A DNA stretch of 64,000 bases, taken from Octopus sinensis. Taxonomy: Eukaryota. Both the position numbers and the translations under genes were made by a program. The stretch is taken from the NCBI RefSeq assembly GCF_006345805.1, contig NC_043007.1, forward strand, positions 19,468,001 to 19,532,000. Reading direction: 5' to 3'. Positions 53,830-64,000 of the stretch are shown here, piece after piece; the stretch's first letter is position 1, and every line of letters starts with the position of its first letter. The notes under the pieces were generated by a model. That model did not search any database, was not told the origin of the DNA, and saw only the letters and a list, made by a program, of their open reading frames with translations.

Positions 53830-54820
53830 CCGCCTGTTCGGGACGACTTTCGGGCCAGGGCCCATGGACAACTTACAGAGATCCCTGGCCTAGCAGTGCT
53901 ACCGAGAAGCGCTACCCGTTCGGGATAAGCTCTACAGACATGGCTCGAGAAACACGGGGCCGACCTGCCCGAGATGCGGTCAGAGCGACGAAACCGTTCC
54001 TGCACGCACTCGTGCAGTGTCCAACAATTTCCGACCTGTGGCTTATGTCGAACACTGCTGTCACGTGTGGGACGAGTCGGTTTATCAGCTGAGTCTATCG
54101 TCAATATTGTCACGCCTCCTTCCTTCAACGGGAAGGAAGAGCTATTTTCATCATCATCCTTGTGGCTATGGCGAAAGAATGTATCTGGTGGACGCGTCTG
54201 AAAGGATTGGAGACAAACACTTTCCTCTCTGGTCAAACCGCTCATCAACTTCTTCAAGTACCATTTGAAAAGGAAAGTGAGAGTAGAGAGGCAAGTTTTG
54301 TCTAGCGAATGTTTTAAAAAAAGATGGGTGAATGTAGCAAGGATGGCACGTATGAATGACGAAACCTCCTTGAGCATAATCCTATGAACCCAGAAATTGA
54401 AAACAGAGGGTTGCCCACTTGCAAACAAATGTGGTAACATATAACAATATTGACCAAGGTTACCGTGGTCTTTTTCGTAGGCTTTTCTTCCCACGGATAA
54501 ACCTTACTTGCTTTCCCCTTTACACCATACATCATGACACTGTGATACACGATCCCTATTGATCGTTTTTTTACCTTTTCCCCTTTTTTCCCTCTTTTTT
54601 CTTCCTTTTTCATTTTTCTTTTCTTTTGTTCCTTTTCCCTTTTTTCTTTTCTTTTTTTGTTCTTTTTTCCCTTTTACGATCCCTTTTGATCGAAAACCTA
54701 CGCCACCTTTTTTTTGTTTCTTTTGTTTTTTGTTCTGTTTTTTTTTCATCCCCCAAAAAGAAAAGCTCTACCTTGTAACTTGTCCTATCTGTGTGCAGCC
54801 CTGTGTGGCCAATAAAGAAA
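53830..54820 (+). mobile_element. Tx1/L1-type LINE 3' fragment
   Basis: [33 protein letters not shown]...[18 protein letters not shown] (zf-RVT-like CCHC, frameshifted); T-rich 3' UTR; AATAAAGAAA end. Confidence 0.8.
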
Positions 54821-54897
54821 CTTATCTATCTATCTATATCTATCTACCTGTCTGTCTATCTGTCTGTCTGTCCGCCCGTCCGTACGTCCATCCGTCT

Positions 54898-54994
<97 letters not shown>

Positions 54995-55125
54995 TTGTTT
55001 TGGGGAATATTGGCTCTCGAAGCTTATGATATAAAAACATAAAATAATAGCGTGTACATAATGGTTAATAAAACCTTTGTGGACAAAATTTAACGCTGCC
55101 TGTGTGTGTAGTGCATGTGTGTGTA

Positions 55126-55171
<46 letters not shown>

Positions 55172-55189
55172 TGAGTGTGTGTTTGTTTA

Positions 55190-55500
55190 TTGATGATGAT
55201 GATGGCTGTCCACTCTTGACTGATGAAGACTATCGCTGACCATTGCTCGTGCAAAATACCAGTAATGCCCGTGCGTAAGGTTATTGCACCAGTAGCCGGT
55301 TTCACCCGGGTTCGCGTCCGCAGCTTCCATGCTCGCTGCGCCACCTCCTACGTGACCAGCATTGGATAGTCGCCTCGTCGGCGATTGCACAACCTAAGCT
55401 TTTAGATCCAAGAAGGCTTGCACAGTATCTCACCGACCCTCTCCACCCGACTGACATGATCCAAAGGCATGTCAGTACCAATATGTGTCGTAGACTCAAA
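55190..55500 (-). mobile_element. Short retroposon with RTE-like (CAT)n tail
   Basis: Minus strand ends GTCTTCATCAGTCAAGAGTGGACAGCC(ATC)n; GC-rich body. Confidence 0.4.
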
Positions 55501-55524
55501 AATGTATGGGTTTATACACATACA

Positions 55525-55558
<34 letters not shown>

Positions 55559-55576
55559 CATACATACATACATACA

Positions 55577-56145
55577 TTATGGCTGCCCCCTCGTTATCGA
55601 GTATGGCATTGCACGAAACTTAACTGTTATTGGTGCTGTGATCGAATGTGACTTTTTAGCCCAGCTAAAGATCTACAATGTCTTGTACAGAATTGGCAAC
55701 TAAAACCTTTACTGGTAATAGCAGGATGTAGTTGTAACTGGGCTTCATGTACCTTTGCATGTCGTTTACGTCCTCCTGCCGAATTACACTCTCTTCCACA
55801 TGCCCGACAGATATGATTAGTATGGTGTGTTACACCACCACCAGTGGCCAGGTTGTCACTCATCTGTCTCGCTTTATGACTACGAAGATGACTCTTGAGT
55901 CCAGCTTTACTGAGGCAGGGTCTTGCACAGACACTGCATGTCAGCATCTTAAGATGACCTTTCCCATCTGGAAGTGTAACAGCGAACCCTTCCTGACATC
56001 CCTCCTTACTTTCTCATGCGCAACTCGAGATTTCTCAAAAGTAGCTGTCCCCTCGTGCACAATCCTTCTCCACCTGCTACGATTAATAGCTATGCCCTCC
56101 CATGTGTCAGGAAAGATGCAAGCATCTCTTAAGGAAGCCTTCTTT
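55577..56145 (-). mobile_element. RTE (BovB-like) LINE 3' end with three C2H2 zinc fingers
   Basis: KKASLRDACIFPDTWEGIAINRSRWRRIVHEG..FE (RTE C-terminus), frameshifted into three C-x2-C-x12-H-x3/4-H motifs; tail CTCGATAACGAGGGGCAGCC. Confidence 0.75.
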
Positions 56146-56235
56146 ACACACATGCATACATACATATACACACACATACACACACACACATACATACATA
56201 CATACATACATACATACATACACACACACATACAT

Positions 56236-56268
<33 letters not shown>

Positions 56269-56598
56269 TACATACATACATACATACATACATAACACAC
56301 ACACACACACACATACATACATCATACATACATACATACACACACACACATACATCCATACATACAACATACATACATACATACATACATACACACACAC
56401 CACACACACATACATACATACATACAATACCTACATACATACACACATACAACATACATACACACATACATACATACACACATACATACATACATACATA
56501 ATACATACATACATACATACACACACACACATACATACATACATACATACATACATACATACACACACACACATACATACATACATACATACATGCAT
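56146..56598. repeat. (CATA)n/(CA)n microsatellite
   Basis: Direct inspection. Confidence 0.95.
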
Positions 56599-56689
56599 GC
56601 GTGCATTGTCACAGTAAGTATTTGTTATACGTTCCAAAGATCCTCCACCTGAAGAATCCCTAAACTCAGAAAGTCTTGTCTCTTTCATA

Positions 56690-57775
56690 GCAACTGGCTG
56701 GAATGCTCCCAAGAACTTAAATAAAGCTCAAAGCAAAAAACCATATATACATAGAATGCAGTATCGCAAAGGTATATTCCAAAGAGACAGCCACTCTGTG
56801 ATGTTTATATTGGGTTGTCCGGAAAGTTCGTGCCGATTTTTAAAGGAAAGAAAAAGGTCAACAAATACTTGTCATTATATTTTTAACCAACCAAATATGA
56901 ACCATTTTGTTGCACAATGCGTCCCCATCTTTCCTTTAACTTGAAAATACCCTCTTCCCAGAATTGAAGAGGTTTCATGGCAAAGAATTCATCCAGGTAT
57001 CTTTTTATGTCGTCCAAGGAATTGAAATTTTTACCATTAAGACTATTCTGCAGAGAACTGAATAAGTGGAAATCCGAAGGAGCAATATCTGGCGAATATG
57101 GAGGGTGGGGTAACACATCCCAGCCGAGCTGCAACAATTTTTGTCTGGTTCCCAAAGCATCAAGTGCCGAAAATGAACTTTTCTTATCTTCCATTTTAAA
57201 GGGTTACAGAATTAACACAGGTTATTGGAACATAAACCTTCTTCCACGAAAAGATAGCTTAAACTGTGCTCTAAATGGAGGTGTAGTCAAATCCTATTTT
57301 ACGAGTATGGACTCAACTACGTTCTAAAATAAGTCGAAAGGTAAGCTACTATAAATCGGCACGAACTTTCCGGACAACCCAATACTTTCTGTAAGCCCTT
57401 GTCATTCATGTTAAGGAACTCTGAAGAATATCTTACTGGTCTACAAGGAAACAGAAATACCAAAATTCCACACTGTTTTTATGTGGATGACTTGAAACTT
57501 TATGCAAAGAATATGCATGAGATGAAAAAGAGCCTTGATCTAGTTACAACATTCTCAAAAGATGTAGGGTTGGAGTTTGGTCAGGATAAATGTTGCTAAA
57601 CGTTTGTGAAAAGGGGGAAAACTATTAACCAGACTAGTAACATCTCCATCAATGATTTGACTGTTTCCCCTGTATCTGACGAGGCATGTTACAGGTATCT
57701 AGGGGTGGATGAAAACATTATTTACAATGGCACTAAAGAATCTTTCGGTCGAATAAAGAAAATTTGGACCTCAGA
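56690..57775 (+). pseudogene. R4/Dong-clade non-LTR reverse transcriptase fragment interrupted by a mariner
   Basis: KGIFQRDSHSVMFI|LSVS-LSFML...HCFYVDDLKLYAK...GLEFGQDKC*...YRYLGV: RT domains 4-7. Confidence 0.8.
56810..57382 (-). mobile_element. Internally deleted mariner element (573 bp)
   Basis: Perfect 30-bp TIRs TTGGGTTGTCCGGAAAGTTCGTGCCGATTT (56810-56839 / 57353-57382); TA TSD on both sides; HPPYSPDIAPSDFHLF motif in ORF 57194-56883. Confidence 0.95.
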
Positions 57776-57875
57776 NNNNNNNNNNNNNNNNNNNNNNNNN
57801 NNNNNNNNNNNNNNNNNNNNNNNNNNNNNNNNNNNNNNNNNNNNNNNNNNNNNNNNNNNNNNNNNNNNNNNNNNN
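57776..57875. other. Assembly gap (100 N)
   Basis: Run of N. Confidence 1.
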
Positions 57876-57888
57876 GGTAGAAGCTTCA

Positions 57889-57993
57889 GGGAAAGAGTTC
57901 TTCGCCTCGAAGAAGAACCGATATCAGCGTGGGATTAAATAACCAACTGAAAGATGACATCAAACAATGCAACACAATGGTCTCTGCTTTGAA
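57889..57993 (+). mobile_element. Old mariner transposase C-terminal remnant
   Basis: KEFFASKKNRYQRGIK*PTER*HQTMQHNGLCFE resembles FFASK...Y.RGI..L.ERW......NG.Y. Confidence 0.55.
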
Positions 57994-58223
57994 TTCTAGA
58001 TTTCTTTTGCTGTGACTTGACGGAAAAAGCAGAGAAGTTACCGAAATATTGCAACAACATTTGACTCAACAAAATATATATGTATTTGTATGTAAGTTTT
58101 TGTCAATACATACATATGCAAATACGTAGAGAGAAACGGATACCGAAAAATAAAAATAGACGTATTCTCACATATACACGTATAAATAATACACTTACGT
58201 GCACAACTATATATCTACTTATA

Positions 58224-58455
58224 AGGCGGCGAGCTGGCAGAAACGTTAGCGCGCCGGGCGAAATGCTTAGCGGTATTTCGTCTGTCGTTACGTTGTGAGT
58301 TCAAATTCCGCCGAGGTCGACTTTGCCTTTCATCCTTTCGGGGTCGATAAATTAAGTACCAGTTTCGCACTGGGGTCGATGTAATCGACTTACTCCCTTT
58401 GTCTGTCCTTGTTTGTCCCCTCTACGTTTAGCCTCTTGTGGGCAGTAAAGAAATA
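58224..58455 (+). mobile_element. SINE family B, young full copy with TSD
   Basis: GGCGGCGAGCTGGCAGAAACGTTAG...GAGTTCAAATTCC head; TATATATCTACTTATA direct repeats on both flanks. Confidence 0.9.
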
Positions 58456-58652
58456 TATATATCTACTTATATATATGCTCATATATATGCGCGTGTGCGT
58501 GTGTGGTAAGAAGCTTGCTTCCCAACCAAACCACATGATTCAGGGTTCAGTCCCACTGCGTGACACCTTGGGTAAGTGTCTTCTACTGTAGCCTCACGCC
58601 GACTAAAGCTTTGTGAATGGATTTAGGAGACGGAAACTGAAAGAAGCCCGTC

Positions 58653-58694
<42 letters not shown>

Positions 58695-58901
58695 CACGTA
58701 TATATATATATGTATATAAATATGCATATTCTTTTATTCTTTTACTTGTTTCAGTCATTTGATTGCAACCATGCTGGGGCAGTGCCTTTTATCGGTCTGT
58801 TTTGCCGAACTGCTAAGTTACAGGGACGTAAACACACCAACCTCGGTTGTCAAGCGATGGTGGGGGTACAAACATATACACACACACGCACATACACATA
58901 C

Positions 58902-59443
58902 ATGTATGTATGTATGTATGTATGTATGTATGTATGTATGTATGCATGCATGTATGTATGTATGTATGCATGTATGTATGTATGTATGTATGTATGTATG
59001 CATGTATGTATGTATGTATGTATGTATGCATGTATGTATGCATGCATGCATGCATGTATGTATGCATGTATGTATGTATGTATGTATGCATGTATGTATG
59101 TATGTATGTATGTATGTATGCATGTATGTATGTATGCATGTATGTATGTATGTATGTATGCATGTATGCATATAGGTATGTATGTATGTATGTGTATGCA
59201 TGTATGTATGTATGTATGTATGTATGCATGTATGTTGCATGTATGCATGTATGTATGTATGTATGTATGTATGTATGCATGTATGTATGTATGTATGTAT
59301 GTATGTATGTATGTATGTATGTATGCATGTATGTATGTATGTATGTATGTATGCATGTATGTATGTATGTATTATGTATGTATGCATGTATGTATGTATG
59401 TATGCATGTTGTATGTATGTATGTATGTATGCATGCATGTATG
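58902..59443. repeat. (TATG)n microsatellite
   Basis: Direct inspection. Confidence 0.95.
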
Positions 59444-60243
59444 ATATACAATATATATAAACCCATATATAATGTTGATATCAAATTTTGCCAGAGAGCC
59501 AGGAATTTAGGAGATTAAATCGATTACATTGGCTCCGGTGTTCTACTTGGACTTATTTAATCGACCCCGAAAAGGAATGAAGGCAAACGGAACATTGGCG
59601 GAGTTTGAACCCAGAACGTGAGTATGTTGTCACTATATCACTCTGTCGCTATATCGACCGGGCTGACAAATGTTGTTATACACCGCTGATCACAATACAC
59701 TTCCTCGCTTTGTTTTAGCCTTGAAACGAAACCACCCCGATGGCCAGGCGGGCAGACCAACGCCCCCCTCCACTCACCGCTGAACAGAGTAACCTGTTTA
59801 CAGCTGAGTGGACTGGACCAATATAAAATGAAGTGTTTTGCTCTCCGGAATACAACCCAGTGCCGGCCTGGGAATCGAAACCACGACCTTGTGATACCTT
59901 ATTTACTCGCTGCTCCCGATAAGCCGTCGGTTCAATCTTATTGCTCTGCTTATCTTAGTCTAATCTTTTCTTTATCCATTGGGCTTAACACCATATTACA
60001 CACACACACACACACCACACACACAAACACACACACAAACACACACAACTTTTATTTTTTTATCTGAGTCGAGAAGAGACAAAGCGTGACGTATTTACCA
60101 TCTTAGATGCATACATTTACTTGCATGTGTATATATATATATATATATATATACACATACATATATATTTCTTTACTACCCACTAAGGGCCATATATATA
60201 TATATATATATAAACATATACATATACATATATATACAAATAC

Positions 60244-60300
<57 letters not shown>

Positions 60301-60952
60301 ATATATATATGTGGGTGTGTGTGTGTGTGTGTGTGTGTGTGTATTATATCAATGTGGGCGCACAATCGTCCACGCACAAATGTACGCGCACAATATATGT
60401 GTCTGCATTTATATACTGTGATATGTGTGTGTGTGTATTTATATATATACATCAATACAAACACTCATCCCTCAGTGCGTATGTATGTATGTGTGTGTAT
60501 ATGAGTGTATTTGTATTCTACGCGCCCTTGTTGTGTATATAAATTAGATTAACGGATCGATTAATGGAAGTTTTAATAAACAGTCCGACAAATAACAGCC
60601 TTAAAAAACCTTCTTGTCATCACCACCACCGCCGCCACCATCGCCACCACAACCACCACCACCTCCGCCGCCACCGCCACCAAACCTTCCCGCTAAGCGC
60701 CCATACTACAATACTGTTGTCCCCAACGCATCTTCACCAGCTTGCTCCAATTGTCCAGTCGAGGACATAATACGCTCACACCCTGTTTGTCTTCGCAACG
60801 GACATCTCTTTATGTTTGTCCTCAATGGTTTAAAAAACAAAAAAAATGTTAATTAACGGTGTTGTGTTGTGCGATATCAGTAAAGGTGACGGCGGTGGTG
60901 GTGCCGGACGTCGAAATGGTGGTGGTGGTGTGTTGGTGGTGGTGGTGGTGGT

Positions 60953-60984
<32 letters not shown>

Positions 60985-61170
60985 AGCAGTCTTGGGATAA
61001 TGGACTTGGTGGTTTATGGTTGTTTACATACATACATGCATGTATACAACATTATAGATATATATATATATATATATTATATATTATATATATATATATA
61101 CTGAACTAATTTATCGATACATGTATTCGGTGTATTGATATATGTATGTATGTATGGTGGATTGGTATAT

Positions 61171-61217
<47 letters not shown>

Positions 61218-61220
<3 letters not shown>

Positions 61221-61427
61221 AGTGTTTCGAAAAAAACAAAAGACGAAGACAGGTGGTGTACAAAACAAACAGATGTATTAGTATAACGCTCAGGAATTGA
61301 AAAAAGTCTTTTACGTTTCGAGCCTACGCTCTTCTACAGAAAGGGACACAGAAAAAAATAAGGAGAAGAAACAAGGAGAGAAAAAAAGGTGTGTTGTAGT
61401 GATCAATCATGGCGGGGACTGACCATG
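61218..61427 (-). mobile_element. Short Penelope-type terminal-repeat element in (TA)n with a variant hammerhead (61308-61343)
   Basis: Minus strand: CTTT-CTGTAGA-A-GAGC gtag GCTC-GAAA-CG-TA-AAAG; homologous to 12236-12425. Confidence 0.6.
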
Positions 61428-61436
61428 ATATATATA

Positions 61437-61467
<31 letters not shown>

Positions 61468-61804
61468 CTATAGATATATATATTATATATATATATAGGT
61501 ATAAAAAAAGACAGCAAGTAAGCACAAGGAGTAAGACTGACCCCATTAACTCCTCCTGTACCCAGTGTAGTACGATGCGGGACAACGACCTCGGGATAGG
61601 ATAATGCGCGGGATAAGACCCAAACATATAAATATTCACACGCATATACATACATGTATATATATATATGCACACATATATATATATATGCATACATAAT
61701 GGAAATGAAAAATGAGTCGGTCGTGAATAGCATTCGATCCCAAACAACTGCACTTACGAAGTTTATCTATGGCCTCTAAAATGCTCAATCGATTCGGTGG
61801 TGTC

Positions 61805-62227
61805 CTTTCTACTATAGGCACAATTTTGAGGGAGGGGACCAGTCGATTACATCGACCCCAGTACTCAACTAGTGCCTATTTTATCGGCTCCGAAAGGATG
61901 AAAGACAAGGTCGACCTCGGCGGAATTCGAACTCAGAACGTAAAGATAGACGAAATGCCGCTAAAGCATTTTGCCCGGTGTGCTAACGTTTCTTATTTCT
62001 TTTACTGCTCACAAGGGGCTACACACGGAGGGGACAAACAAGGACAGACAAACAGATTAAGTTGATTATATAGACCCCAGTGCGTAACTGGTACTTATTT
62101 AATCGACCCCGAATTGATGAAAGGCAAAGTCGACCTCAGCGGAATTTGAACTCAGAACATAGCGACAGACGAAATACTGCTAAGCATTTCGCCCGGCGTG
62201 CTAACGATTCTGCCAGTTCACCGCCTT
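61805..62227 (-). mobile_element. SINE family B dimer (nested or tandem)
   Basis: Two successive copies of the GATGAAAG(G/A)CAA(A/G)GTCGACCTC domain. Confidence 0.8.
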
Positions 62228-62269
62228 GATTAAGCACTAATAATAAATTGATAGATTAACTAATTTTTA

Positions 62270-62572
62270 ATGCGATGCAGCACTTGTCCCAACATTAACA
62301 ATACTGTAACCACCACTGGGCCCAAAGCAGAATATCGTATTACTCAGAACTTCTGTTGTACACCTTTAAACCTTATATATTGCATTATAATCAAACTTCG
62401 CGGCGCCCTTCCCATTGGGGAAACAGGTCGATGCCTTACTGATCGCTTTCAGGAGCTTATTCTAAGTTTAGAACTGAGCATCCCAGGCCTACTACCTGTT
62501 GCAACCCACTTCTATACCACAAGTCTTTCCTTCACTCACGAATCAGAAGTGCGGCATCGCTGCATCCCATAG
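62270..62572 (+). pseudogene. Penelope-like element GIY-YIG endonuclease remnant
   Basis: CSTC...TGP...FCCTPLNLIYCI......LPIGETGRCLTDRFQE...PVATHF matches the PLE NLIYCI.C..C...YIGET.R.L..RF.EH...PVA.HF pattern with key residues mutated. Confidence 0.75.
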
Positions 62573-62690
62573 ATCCAGATCCTCAAGGAAACGGTGGAAA
62601 CGACCTTTCATATTCGAACTTGGTAGATATACCGTAATCACTAGGAAACACCCTAACCACTAGGCCATGCGCATTCACAGAAGAACCATA

Positions 62691-62739
62691 GGAGGAGGAG
62701 GAGGGGAGGAGGAGGAAGAGGAGGAGGAGGAGGGAGGAG

Positions 62740-62773
<34 letters not shown>

Positions 62774-62865
62774 TGGAGGAGGAAAAGGATGTGGAGGAAG
62801 AAGGAAGAGGAGGTGGAGGAGGAGAGGAGGAGGAAGAGGAGGAAGAGGAAGAGGAGGAGGAGGAG
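62691..62865. repeat. (GGA)n purine tract
   Basis: Direct inspection; tail of the adjacent SINE. Confidence 0.9.
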
Positions 62866-63195
62866 GCACTCTTCGGTCATGATTGACCATGGGATTGCAC
62901 CTAGAAAGTTACCCTCCGAGGCACAAGTCCGGGCAAGGTTGTTTGTGGAAGACCAGCAGTCGCCCATGCATACCAGCCTCCCCTCTCCATGCCACTGATG
63001 TTATCCAAGGGAAAGGCAAAGGGGCTGATACAGCTTGGGACCTGTGACGTTGCAACTCATTTCTACAGCTGAGTTAACTGGAGCAACGTGAAATAAAGTG
63101 TCTTGCTCGAGAACACAACACGCAGCCCGGTCCAGGAATCGAACTCACAACCATACGATCGTAAGCTCGACTCTCTAACCACTGAGCCATGCGCC

Positions 63196-63197
<2 letters not shown>
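62864..63197 (-). mobile_element. tRNA-derived SINE (family E)
   Basis: Minus strand GGCGCATGGCTCAGTGGTTAG...GAGTTCGATTCC boxes and GAGCAAGACACTT domain. Confidence 0.75.
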
Positions 63198-63251
<54 letters not shown>

Positions 63252-63717
63252 CATACATATGCACGCATACATGCATACATATATACATACATATATGCAT
63301 ATATAGACAAAAGAAATAAGCAAGGCGAACTGGGTCTCTGTCGATTTGCCGTGCAATGGAGTAACGATTGAAAAAGGTCAGATCTTTCCGATAGAACCGC
63401 ATGGTGAGATTATAAGCTAAAACAATACTGATCATACAACAAAAACAATAACAACATCTCACCAGAAACCTGATCTCTTAGACATTTGTCCAATCAGTTC
63501 AAAGAGTGGTCCGTCGGGTAGTAATAGTTCGATATTTGTTTGAAAAAGCAGTGTTATTTATTTAGGATATAACAAACGACAAACTTCATAACAGGGTCCC
63601 GGACCATTTCTACAGAGTCGTATTCTTCCGCTCTCAGTGTAGTGTTCCAGCATAGACTAACATACCGAGGGCATCCTATCACAAATCACAACGGAAAACA
63701 AGACATGCTTCTCTCCA

Positions 63718-63772
<55 letters not shown>

Positions 63773-64000
63773 CTAGCAGTAAGCCCGGCGTGCTCTCGGG
63801 TTTGTTTCGACCCTTTAGAATTGGAATTTTTAAAAAGTAAAAATGTTGCATTATGTAGCTTGTTATTCTCTTTAAGTGAAGACACAATAGTGACTTATAA
63901 ATCTTTAGTATACTTGCTAGTATATAACGGTTTCAAAACGGAATACAGTGTCCATACAAGCAATTTTTGAAAAGTAAAAATGTTGCATTATGTAGCTAGT
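63773..64000 (-). mobile_element. Helitron-type 3' terminus (element continues beyond the window)
   Basis: Minus strand CCCG agagcacg C CGGG hairpin followed by CTAG|T next to (TA)n; internal repeat AAAAGTAAAAATGTTGCATTATGTAGCT x2. Confidence 0.65.

Noticed and set aside
53826-54494. 222-aa minus-strand ORF
   Set aside because: Antisense shadow of the plus-strand Tx1/L1 fragment
55220-55260. CTGATGAAG motif
   Set aside because: No stem II/GAAA arrangement; it is part of a minus-strand retroposon tail
55627-55947. Host C2H2 zinc-finger gene
   Set aside because: Contiguous with RTE ORF sequence and tail, frameshifted, and lacks TGEKP linkers
57606-57938. ORF spanning the N run
   Set aside because: Joins an R4 RT remnant and a mariner remnant across an assembly gap
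60614-60856. Proline-rich ORF
   Set aside because: Driven by a (CCA/CCG)n tract, with no ATG start, splice or homology support

Overview
AT-rich, microsatellite-saturated, mostly non-coding eukaryotic DNA. The SINE families and repeat landscape look like a cephalopod (Octopus-type) genome; this is recognition from memory, not a database result. No host protein-coding gene can be supported, and nearly all ORFs in the track are microsatellite translations. The window holds many tRNA-derived SINEs and remnants of LINEs (RTE, R4/Dong, Tx1/L1, CR1, L2/Jockey-like). It also holds a Penelope-like GIY-YIG remnant, a decayed Tc1 element with D-36-E spacing, an internally deleted mariner nested in an R4 RT gene, hAT- and piggyBac-type MITEs, Helitrons, TE-derived tandem arrays and a 100-N gap. 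The most interesting signal is six minimal type-I hammerhead ribozyme motifs, five of them with a palindromic (dimer-type) stem III, in several short non-coding elements. One sits downstream of a tRNA-derived Pol III promoter. Another sits in a ~350-bp unit whose inverted copy begins almost exactly at the predicted cleavage site. By eye, CpG depletion ends near 32 kb. Coordinates of degenerate repeats are approximate.
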